A DNA stretch of 64,000 bases. It comes from Takakia lepidozioides (lineage: Eukaryota; Plantae; Bryophyta). The notes below the pieces were generated by a model. It was given only the letters and a program-made list of their open reading frames with translations, was not told the origin of the DNA and did not search any database. Where the stretch lies: positions 26,226,001 through 26,290,000 of the forward strand of contig CM060732.1 of assembly GCA_030704615.1 (NCBI GenBank), given 5' to 3'. A program made the translations under genes and the position numbers. Of the stretch, positions 16,447-27,638 are shown piece by piece (positions within the stretch are counted from its first letter, which is position 1; the number at the start of each line of letters is the position of its first letter).

Positions 16447-17752
16447 AGCAAGCACCAACGGTTTAATAAACCAGGTGGGCTACCACATGCTCTGATCACA
16501 AGCAGGTGATTGAACTAGATAGGCAAAAGCCAAAATTCAATAAAGGTGATCCCATTAAGGCTAAATTCACCCCGGAAAATTCCGGAGGAGAAAAGCAAAG
16601 GGCCAAAGTGTTTTTCATGCAATGCGTATGGTCATCTATCATATGATTGTCCTCATCCCACATGTTTCAAGAAAGAAGTGAATATGGTGGAGAAGAAATG
16701 AGGTCAAGCATCCCAGTTGGAAGATGACGAAGAACAAGTTAATGGGCTACAATTAAGTAATAACGAAATCCTCCAAGTACATCCTCCCTTAAAGAAGGGC
16801 CGGCCGAAAAGAGTCAAACGGCAAAAAAATCTGGAAGAAGAAGTTGCCGAGAGTACTAGTGGAATTGGCAACAAAGTCACTAAGGAAACAATAACACCTG
16901 CCATATTACATACTGGTACTTCCTCCTAACTACATTTGCGAAGATATATGTTGGGTAAAATAGTATCATTCATAATTGATACTGGGCCACCCATAATTTT
17001 TTATCTAAAAGGATAGTCAAGAAGTTAGTGGTTTGGACTCAGACAGCTCCTGAAGAAATAAGTGTTAAATTAGCTACGTGGAACCAGTTTCTCATCTAGA
17101 AGAATATGGTGAGGAGATGGCGGCTTATCAAGTTGCTCATCGATGGCGATGAGGTTTCCGGAGAGGGGGAGAATGGCACAAGAGTGAATGTGTTCATCCC
17201 CTATTAGATATGCAAAGACACATAACTGTAGATATCTTTAATAAGGGTGTGACTGATGGGGTCAAATATGAAGCGACGCGGAAAGATACTCAAGAGATCT
17301 CGTTGGCCACGAGGAGACATGGAGGTTGAAAGTGAGACTTGAGAGCTATAAGTAAAAACGAAGAGAAAGAGCCAGAGAGATACAATGGATCTAGAAGATG
17401 AGCTCTAAACTAGGGAATATCAAAGAGGAGGAAGAAAAGTATATACATAGACAAAGACCTAACAACTTCTATAATATGATACTCAAGATATCTCGTTGGC
17501 CACAAAGAGACACGGAGGTTGAAAGTGAGACTCGAGAGCTATAAGTAAAAACGAAGAGAGAGAGCCAGAGAGATATAATGGATGTAGAAGAGGAGCTCTA
17601 GACTAGGGAGTATCAAAGAGAGAGGAAGAAAAAATATATACATAGTCAAAGACCTGACAACTTATGTAATATGTCTTCTTCTTTATAAAGGTATTCAATA
17701 TCTAAAGTTGTGTCTCTAGGACTAATGGAATAATATGAGTAATTTCATTACA
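16447..17752 (+). mobile_element. Second, internally deleted gypsy copy: gag end, protease, jump to chromodomain end, PPT, third LTR
   Basis: Intact zinc knuckle CFSCNAYGHLSYDCP at ~16608-16652; deletion junction at ~17078; PPT 17161-17173; LTR 17174-17752 with an internal ~190-bp tandem duplication. Confidence 0.9.
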
Positions 17753-17765
17753 GAACTTGACTCCC

Positions 17766-17986
17766 CGGAATTCGAGAGGGAGTCCAATCGGAAGCACCTT
17801 TCGGGTCGGCGCTCGTCTGCTCGGCTCAGCTTCGACCGCTAGTCTCTTTGCAATCCATCGCTTTGCCACTCCCTTCAACTCGGGTTGTTGGCTGTAAGCC
17901 TCAGCAGCTCTCCTGTAGCATGTTATGTGGCTTCCCCCGGGCTGCCAGTTCCTCTTATGGCTAATGCAGTAGATGTAACACTCCAC
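17766..17986 (+). repeat. ~230-bp direct repeat, copy 2
   Basis: Homologous to 11260-11491. Confidence 0.85.
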
Positions 17987-19636
17987 GTCTCTCTCCGTCT
18001 GTGTCTCTGGGTTCGCCCTCGCCAGTCTTAGCGTGTTTGCTTTATGGCCCTTGGGGGTTTGTGTTTCTCCCCGCATAAATAATATTCGAGGGCATGGGAG
18101 TTGGGAGGTGGGATCCAGCTACATCTGCCCGATGTAAAATTGCCATTGCCTAAGCTCTGTAATGCGACGGCAATATGAAGAAAAGAGCTAACACAAATTG
18201 TAAATAGGGATGTTTTTTTTTTCTCACACATTTCTTCTCTCCCCCCAATTCATTTACCTTTGTTCCCTTACTCATGGTACTACTTATTGAAAGTGATTTG
18301 GAGTGGATTGAAACTGAAGCTAGGATTACCAAAAGCAACAAGACACCTGCTATCAGACACCTCGCTATCATGCATTGTACTGCAGGATGTGTTTTGTTGT
18401 TTTTGTGATCTTAGCTTTCGTTTTCAATCCTGTCAAACCACCGTCGGGGTGTCTTGTTCACGTTTACAGGCTCATTCCTCTCATACTCTGCCATTTATAT
18501 AGAGAGTCATCTGTATAGAGGATCAAATCACTAAAGTCCTCGCATTACACGTGAATCAACTCCATAATACTATACCAGTGTTCATAGTTCTTGCTGACAG
18601 AGCCCAAGAACTGGAGCTTCAGCTTGCATGCACGTCTTGTGCACGCAAGCTGCCATGGGTTTATTCGATGGGAGTAGTTTGAGCTGAAACAGTGCCACAC
18701 GCCAGATCCATTCTGCGTTAACGCTTCACCTGAAACCACTTAAGCTGAAGCCAACGGCAACGTTTGAGGAACCAGACATCACATACACTTCGGCCTTCCG
18801 GTCAAGGGAGAAGGCCAGCAGCACCATGTTGTCGGGGGCTGCCACAAGGCCGGATCTGCGCCCACTGGCCCCGCCCTTCATCATCCCTCGTTGTTCCTCT
18901 TCTCGTTAGAATCCAGCTCGGTCACTCTTCTGAACCATCGTTCTTCACCCACATTACAGACTTGTCGCGAGTTGATTGTAGCACTTCAATTACTTGCGCA
19001 GCAGTGGGCTGCCTTTGCTTCCCAGGGATGTCTTCATCAAGAAATTTCCGTTGGAATGACAGACACTGCAGCGGTTGTGAAAGATCGCAACCTTCATCCT
19101 CGTTACACCAGGGGACAACGTTTTCATCCGTCTTCCACATTTGAGCATCCACGAATCTAGGTAATGTATGTGGGCTCCAACGGAGGCTCGGTGAAATCTG
19201 TGGCAGTTGAAGCTGGTGATCGGATTACTTGTATCGAGGTCCAGATAAATCCACTTGGGTTTTGTGAAGTGGGGAGTTTTGGTCCTGGCATCATCACTCG
19301 TGGATTGTATGCTGCCAAGATCTGCTTTCGTTCTTGGCATGACGTGAAAGTGACCTAACATTTTATGAGCTGAGGGTGGAGGCACACAAGATTCTCGATA
19401 TATGAGGTGACTCCTGACAGGGACCATTGCACATAGTCGAGAATGTGAACCGCGGTCGAGCAGAGAAAGCTTTGCTGGCTTATAACTCTGAGGATTGAGG
19501 ATGAAAGTTTTAATCCTGGCATACAGTACTGGAAGGTGCGTGGATTTTTCTGATTCATCGTCCAGAGAGAGAGGGAGAGAGAGAGGCCGCGAGGCAAGCA
19601 ATCTTTCCAAACCCGTCCCCAGCAACCAAAACGTTT

Positions 19637-19687
<51 letters not shown>

Positions 19688-19688
<1 letters not shown>

Positions 19689-20020
19689 ATTTTCTTATTC
19701 ATTGTCCGGATATTCTCATCGGTGCGTGACCTTCAAGAACATTGTCCCTGCACCTCTGTTCACCAACTTTCAAAATCTTCAGCCTGAGCCTAAAGCCCTG
19801 GCCCTCTTGGGGTCTAATTGCTGGGCAGCTCACACACAGCAAGTTGATGCTTGTGTGAAGGGCTTTCTAGAGAATATCTGGAAAACCCTTTATCAAGGTT
19901 AGTCACACTACCGGAGTGAGCTCCTCACAAATGTAGTTTCTGCTCCCTTTTGTTTCGCCCAAACTGGGCGCTGGGTCGATGGCCACAAGGCTACGGCAAA
20001 CAACGCCTTATGAGTATATT
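19688..20020 (+). mobile_element. 5'-truncated LINE 3' end (copy 1) embedded in (CT)n
   Basis: Encodes HFLIHCP...VPAPLFTNF..L..EPKA..LL...W..HTQQVDACVKGFLE; ends TTATGAGTATATT; flanked by (CT)n at ~19638-19687 and 20021-20046. Confidence 0.85.
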
Positions 20021-20309
20021 CTCTCTCTCTCCCTCTCTCTCTCTCTGGTCACTTTTGCAACAGCTTGTCAAATGTCATTGCTTTTATGGACACTTTTAAT
20101 TTTGAAGGGACTTGGATTTTAGGTGCTGTTTAAATGTACTGGTCGGTTCCTCAAATACAACCTGGATTGAGGCATTTGTGTCCAAGGTTCTGCGAATATA
20201 TTTGTGAGGTGAAATTCATGTCTCCCAGTAAGTCCCTCAATACAAGGGAGGTTTTTCTCTCCATACCTCTAGCCAGCATTTTATTATAGAGAGAGAGAGA
20301 GAGAGAGAG

Positions 20310-20668
20310 ATTGTACTCATAAGACGTTGTTTGCCGTAGCCTTGTGGCCATTGACCCCACGCCCAGTTTGAGCGGGAACAAAAGGGACAGAACCTACCTC
20401 TGTCAGGGGCTGACGTTGGTAGTAAGACTTACCTCCATATAAAGAATTAATCCGGGTTTTCCAGATATCCTCTAGAAATCCCTTCACACAAGCATCAATC
20501 TGCTGTGTGTGATTTGCCCAAAAACTAGGCCTCAGGAGGGCCTGGGCTTTTGGCTCAGCCTCGAGACTTTCAAAGTTGGTAAACAGGGGTACAGGCACAA
20601 TTCCCTTGATAGATTTGAAGAGAGCGTCTCTTTGGTGAGAGAACCCCGGACAGTGTATCAGAAAATGA

Positions 20669-20670
<2 letters not shown>
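20310..20670 (-). mobile_element. 5'-truncated LINE 3' end (copy 2) embedded in (GA)n
   Basis: ORF 20317-20793(-) HFLIHCPGFSHQRDALF...GHKATANNVL*; flanked by (GA)n at ~20288-20310 and 20671-20714; near-identical to 43318-43680. Confidence 0.88.
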
Positions 20671-20715
<45 letters not shown>

Positions 20716-21190
20716 CCTTGTTTGTGCAGGAAGCAACAAAAGACCCCAGGGGTTTTGAACTCCCAATAATGGTGTCGCAATGTAGTACCACAAGTTTTGA
20801 TTTTGATTCTGAGGGACTTGTTGACTATGAGTTTTGACTGTTGAGGTGCTTGCATTATGTAGGTCTTGTTTCTGAGGCCGAAAAAATGGTGGATCCTAAA
20901 TCCTAGTGCTAGTTTGCCACGAACAAGTCGCCTTCAATTTCACATGCATGGCAGAGCTTCGTGGAAACTGGAGACATTGCCAGGTATTGCAGTTACTGGG
21001 GTCATCAAACCTTTTGCATCTGCAGAGACACCTCAACTCTGTGTGTTATTGTGACTCCGAACGATGGTTCCAAGCAGGGAGACCAGCTTCATCAGCTTAT
21101 TTCCACGTATCCTCCCTCAGAATGCCATGGGTGCAAAGATTGAGTGCAACAGAGTACGTGATGCGTTCATCAGATGAAGGGCTTAAATCA

Positions 21191-24100
21191 ATGGCTGCAG
21201 TTTTCAGAAAAGGTGGGTGTAAGTCACTTTGGCGAGCACAGAGAGAAAGAATCTAGAAGGAAAGACTGATTGTTCTTGGGCCACTTTACATGAGGACCAG
21301 CATGTTTCTTGGTTTTGCTCCCCTGTTTTTCCTCTAGTTCTATGTGATATCTGGATGTATTGCTTGTTTGTTTGGTAAATGTATGCATACTTTCCCGTCT
21401 GAGTAGCAAAGAGAGCACTTTTCAGGACAGGCCAAGGAGTGCCACCATGTCCTCCATTGCGGTACCCAATCACCCCAGGTTGTCACTGGGTTTCTTGTTC
21501 CCTTCAAAGTCATCACCTTGGATCTCTTCAAGATGTTTGAGTATGTTTCTTCCTCTTTTTTCCAGGTCAACCTTGTAGCGTCTCGACTGTGGTTTCAGTC
21601 CCCGGTCTAGGAATAGACAAGGCCTTGCTGCTTGTTCTGAGACACTGGCGGCATCCCTGGAAATACCATAGTGGTGATGAAGCTTTCAACAATCCCTTGA
21701 TCAGAGGGAGAAGTTATGCATCTGCGGCCATCAATTCGTTGGATAAAGAATGCATATTGATGCCCCCTCGTCCACCTGGGGGCCATGGAGGGGTAGCTTA
21801 CCGCTCCCTCCCTACATGGAAAGAGGGAAGAGAGAGCTTATCTTATGCTGATCGGCACCAAGGTATTGAATCTGCTCAGCATCGGTGGGTAGCAGCAGGG
21901 ATTATAACAGAAATCGACGCTACACTGAGGGAAGAAGGATGGGAATTCGCTATAAGAGAAGTCTTGAAGCAGTCAGCTGCAAAATTGACTCCTTACATTG
22001 TTGAGGAGGTGTTGCAGCTTCAAAGTGATTCTGATGTGGCATGCGCATTCTTTGAGTGGGCAGAGCAAGAGGGCTACAGGCATGAGCTTCAGACATATGC
22101 TAAAGCGATCCGGAAACTGGCAGCTGCCCGCAACTTTGCAGGCATGCGACGCATCCTGTTGGGCATGCGTTTGGATGGGAGAGCTGGTGCGGGGAAGGTA
22201 AGTGACGCCATGGAGGTGTTTCAACAACTGAAGAGGCTCGGGTGCCAGCCCCATGCAAGTGTGCGTGACTCTTTGATTGACGTTCTTGTGAGGGGGGGTT
22301 ATCGGCACTCAGCTCTCCGCATTCACCGGCAGTTTTCTCAGCCTGGTGCAGTATGGGAATCTTATGCATTTGATAATCTTGTGCATAGCTTTCGCAAGGC
22401 TGGAAAGCTAGGAGTTGCTGGAGCTCTTCTAGAAGAAATGGGGGACAAGGGTTTCAGTCCGGATGGCAGAACATATACGTCTGTCATCACAGCTCTTGGT
22501 AAAGCTGGAAAAGTGGATGCAGCCTGCAAGCTGTTCCAAAGCATGAAAAAGGTGGGGGGTATTGCGAGTGTGATAACGTACAATTCCCTCATCAATGGCC
22601 TTGGAAAAGCTGCCCGATTGGAGGAGGCATGCGAGCTTTATGATGAGATGAGAGAAGTGGGTTGTGACCCTGATGTGGTTACTTATAGCACTCTCATTAA
22701 TGGCTTCGGCAAGGCAGGGAAAATTGCTGAAGCATGCATGATTCTTGAGGAGATGAAAGAAAGTGGGTGTAAACCCAATGTGGTCACCTACAGTGCTCTG
22801 ATTGATGCTGTTGGGAGGTGGGGCCAAGTGGAGGTGGCTTGCAAGCTCTTCACAGAAATGAAATCTATGGGTTGCCAGCCAAACACAGCTACATACAATG
22901 TGCTCCTTCGCGGCCTTGTAAAGTCTGGCGAGTTTGATGAAGCATTTAAGCTTTTTGCAGAGATGGAGGGAAAAGGTTGTACTCCTGATGTGTTCACCTT
23001 CAACACTCTCATAAATGGTCTTGTGGTTTCAAAAGAAGGTCAGTTGGATAAAGCCTTGAAGCTTTTTGAAACCATGAACAAGGGGGGTTACAGGCCTGAT
23101 TGGGTGACTTACACCAGTTTGATTGATGGCCTTGGAAAGGCTGGTCGGGTTGAGGAGGGTTATTCACTTTTTTTGCAGATGAGATCAAGGGGTTGCTTTC
23201 CCAGGACCATCACATACAATGTCTTGATGAAGAGCCTCGGAAACGCAGGACAAGTTGCTGAGGTCCACCAACTTTTTGATGAAATGGAAAGATATGGATG
23301 TAAACCTGATCTTGCCACGTGTAACACTCTTGTTGACGTCCTTGGCAGTGCGGGCCAAGCTGCTGAAGCCCTTGATTTGTTGAAGCAGATGAATAAAGAT
23401 GGGTGTCAGTTGACTCCCACCGTGTACCAGGGTCTTATTGACAGGCTGGGCAAAGCAGGACAAGTGGATGCACCCTTTACAGAGGTCAGAGAGAAGGGGT
23501 CAATCCTGGATGCAGCTACAAACAGCTCATTGATGGATGGCTTGAGGAAGGCTGGTTCTGGCAATCCATTAAACAATCTCTTCATAGAACTGGGAGAGAG
23601 CAACTCCACTTCTGATACCGTGACTTTTGGCACACTCACTGGTCCGCAGGGGAAGGTTAGCCAGATTGAGGTAGCATGCAAGATGTTGGCAGGTAATTCA
23701 TACCCTGCCCCTCGTCTCCCTCTCTCTGCAGCCCATATCCTGAACAGTTTGATCTGCAGTACAACTATCCTAGCCACATTTGTTACATCTGGTGCCAGCT
23801 AGAGGGCTAGAAAACACTGGTAGAATGAACCTCATGAGACCACTCACTACCCTGTGAATCGATGGTTCTTGGTTGTGGGCTATATTTTAGCTTTTAATTT
23901 TGTAGGGTAATTCACATGCAGACTGCATTCAGGGGATTGTGATATGGATGATCCATGCTTTCCTGTAGTCCATGGATTCTCAAGAGTCTTTGCTAAGGAA
24001 TGAGTGCGTGAATGTCACACTACTTGAATGTGAGAGCTTTATTGAATGGCTGCTGTAGTCTAACTTTTGTCTTGCAGCTGTAAATGTTATCCAGACTTAA

Positions 24101-25087
24101 CTCTGGGGAGCTGTGATATGGATGGAAAAATGTATATGTCACAACGATTCACCACTTAGCACATCAACTTGGTGCTTTTCGTAGCATGTTGTCTGACATT
24201 CTGATGGCACTTGCTTGACTGTTACAGAAATGAAACAACAGGGGAATAAGGCCAATCACATGACATACACAGCAATCATCGACAGCCTATGGAAGGCTGG
24301 CCAGATTGATAAGGCGTGCGGGCTTTTGGAAGAGATGATTGAGATGGGAGAGGTGCCATTGACAGCCACATACAATTCGCTCATTGTCACTATGAAGAAG
24401 GCAGGCCAATTGGATGAAGCCCTGAATCTCTACGAGTACATGAAGGATCGGGGGTGTTCACCTGATGTCTTTACTTACAGCAGTGTGATTGATGTGCTTG
24501 GCAAGGTGGGACGAGTGAGTGAAGCTATTCTTCTCTTTGAGCAAATGAAGGAGGAGGGATGTACTCCAAACGTTGTGACATATAGCACTCTCATTGCTGC
24601 CTTAGGGAAGGCAGACAAGGTTGACGAGGCTTACAGACTCTTTGTGGAGATGAAGGAAAGCAATTGCAGTCCAAATGTATTCACCTACTGTGGACTTGTG
24701 GATGGCCTAGGGAGGGCCAACCGTGTGAGAGAGGCATATTCTCTTTTTCTAGAAATGAAGGGAGCTGGTTGTGTTCCAAATCATTACACATACAATGTTC
24801 TCCTAAAGTACCTTGGGAAAGCTGGCTATGTTGAGAAACTCCATGAACTCTTTGCGGAGATGAAGGCTGCTGGTTGTGTCCCAGATGTGCTAACTTATAG
24901 CAGGCTGATTGACAATTTGTCAAAACTTGGCCATGTACATCAGGCATGTTTGGTCTTCGAGGAAATGAAAGACAGAGGCTTCAAACCTGATTCCATGGCA
25001 TACAATGTTCTGATCCATCGCCTAAAGAGGGCTGGTCTGGACGCAGAGGCTGGCAACCTGGCTGATGAGCTGAGGCGTAAGACATGA
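21191..25087 (+). CDS. P-class pentatricopeptide repeat protein (>20 repeats), probably organelle-targeted; exons ~21191-21212 (tentative), 21566-23692, 24228-25087
   Basis: Tandem 35-aa motifs such as PDVVTYSTLINGFGKAGKIAEACMILEEMKESGCK. The phase-1 intron GCAG|GTAATT...TTACAG|AA joins the two long ORFs. N-terminal RGRSYASAA resembles a mitochondrial R-3 cleavage motif; no E/DYW domain. Start codon uncertain. Confidence 0.92.
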
Positions 25088-25472
25088 TTGCAATCGGCAG
25101 ACTGATTGTCGAGAGCCATATTAGGAAAAGTGAAGAACGCCCATGTAGTTTACAAGAGCATTGAAGAGTTGCACACAACAAGGGCCCCGGTTGCAGAGAA
25201 TTCATCTAAATTTGGGCTTGCGGTTCGAGGCAATGTGTGCTTGCTATGTACTGGTTAGTTCCTAAACCTGTGTATTTACACGCAACTGATATAGTAGTTG
25301 CTTTCTGCAGGCGGGTACAGAGTTATTTTCGTATTTGCTCACGGATTAATAGTGGTATGTACTTCTTATCTTTGTAAGATATGTATATGCTTAGATTTCA
25401 TGGGCAGTTCATGTTGGCTAGCTGGAGGAGTCTGCAGGCACCTCAAGATCTTGCTCTATACTGGTGACTATG

Positions 25473-25537
25473 TTCCACCCAAACTGGGCCCGGGGTCTAT
25501 TGGCCAAAAGGCTACGGCAAATGTCTTATGAGTACAT
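25473..25537 (+). mobile_element. 65-bp LINE 3' tip (copy 4) with an 18-bp target-site duplication
   Basis: CCCAAACTGGGC...GGCCAAAAGGCTACGGCAAA..TCTTATGAGTACAT, flanked by TCTATACTGGTGACTATG (25455-25472) and TCTATAATGGTGACTATG (25538-25555). Confidence 0.85.
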
Positions 25538-27638
25538 TCTATAATGGTGACTATGCGTCCGATGAATCAGGTGATGGATGAGAGGGTATGTGATTACAAT
25601 GAGCAGTGGTAGCCACAGGGTGTAAGCAGTATTTGTGCCCTCTGTTCTATTACGTGAGGGTCAGACCACTCAATGACAACCTTTCTTTCTGCTCCTGAGT
25701 ACTTTGAAGACAGGCCTAAGCCGTGTAAATAAACTCTCCACTCAGAGAAAACCACCATTCTTCAGAGAGGGATTCTTAGCAATCATGTAAGTTTAGGTTT
25801 GACGGAGGACCTTGAAAATGAGTGGGAGCAGATGAGGGAGAGGAAACACTCTCATTTTTGCCACTGTCTTGGTGCTACAGCGAGTGGATAAACAATGTTT
25901 GGGCACCTGCCACCTTTTCTTTGATCATGGCTGTCGGAGCTGCAAGCTCTTATGGAGTTCAATTGGAAAGTTGGATGATGCAGTGTTTGCCACTGTATTG
26001 TAGCATTGGGGAGGAAAATATTCAACTGCAACCGAAGGAAAAAGACTTCAACTTATGGATCTGGTGGGGGTCAACAAAGTAGTTTAGTTGGCAGGTTGGC
26101 ATTAGTAACATCCATGTGCATTTTCAAATGTGGTTGCTAGTCCTTGTTGACATCAGTTTGAACCATTGAGGACAGATCAACTCTTGACACACAAGCTGCC
26201 CCACTCATAGTTAGATCGTGCCTGAGGACTTGTATGCTGTCTTGGCTCAACTAAGCAGTATGTGGATGGTGCAGGAACACTGGCAGATTTTAACAAAGGG
26301 CCATCATCCCTTGGGTGGGTAACGCCACCGTGTTTACATCCCCAGCTGAGATATTTGTTACGAGGAAGGAATTATGGACTAACCATTGTTTCAATTGACC
26401 GACACTTCCACACGGCTGTGGGGTTGTTAGGATGCGTCAGTCATCATGAGCTTATATCTCATGGTTGATAGTGGCTGTATTGCTTGACATTGGTCGATTT
26501 GAGGGCGCGAATTGCATGTTTCTGTCACTCGTATTGCCTTCTCGTAGACGTTCTCAGCGTTGGTCTGGCAGGTGTATTTTTGCAATTAGTGACAGTAGTT
26601 GACTACATGTTCCATAAAGAGCATTCTCATCACTACTTTTACCATGAGGCCAATTGAAATCTATCAAGTAAAATCTGAAGGCAGCTAATTTTTGCAGAAA
26701 ATTCACAGCTCTCTGGTCTCATCTATTATACCAGGCAGTAGATAGCTGGTGGCTGACTATTTTCTTGAACTTTGATGTAGCCAATTGTTGAATCTAACAT
26801 ATGGGGGCACAGGGTGATCCGTTATTGTTCCCTTTCCTGGTGATCTTACACCTGCGTTGCTTGAAACTCATTTCATATATTCCCTTGCACCTTGACTGCC
26901 AAAACAGGGAAGTGGCTATTTCAATAACACTTGGAAACCTTTAATGCTTGGGAGGCTCGAGCTGTTAGGGTCTAAATTTTGCCCAGAATTGGGTACATCC
27001 CATGAGCGATTTGGAGTGCTAACAATTAGTCGAGTCATAATGTATGTAGCACAATATTATTCATGGCAACACAAAAACTAAAGAAGCTAACTCATCCCCA
27101 TAGAGATGTTCAGGAGGACAAAAGTTCCCACTCCATAGCATGCCCTCAATGAAATGTGAGTTGATGTGTTGGCAATTATGCTCAACACTCCTAACCAACC
27201 GTGCACCTGTTTAGATACTCCCTGTGTCTCACCATTCTTGCGGGCAACTATGAGGGCATTGAACCCATGTACATGTGACCACACAAAGCTAAAGTGTACA
27301 GATGAGGAATAAATACTCTAGAGCCATTTAGTCCACTAAGCTACCTCATGCATTTGGATCACAAGGAAGATATACTGGACAATGGGCTACCATTTAGAAG
27401 TGCCCGAAACCAGCATTTCCAAACTTCAAATCCCAAATGTGCACAGCATGTTGTGCTATCTTTTACTTGAGCCAACATCACATCGAATTGAAAGGACTAG
27501 CCAATTGACCATAACAATTTGGTGTTCAACGCAGAAGGGAAGAGGGTGGGGCTGTTGGTCATAGCCTTTGGCCGTGACACCCCACACTAGATATGACATA
27601 AAAGGAGATGCCTACAAAGAAAGATAAACTTCCACACA

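Noticed and set aside
18545-19625. Minus-strand ORF cluster as a gene
   Set aside because: No recognisable domain or coherent splice model; may be a decayed pseudogene, but this cannot be supported.
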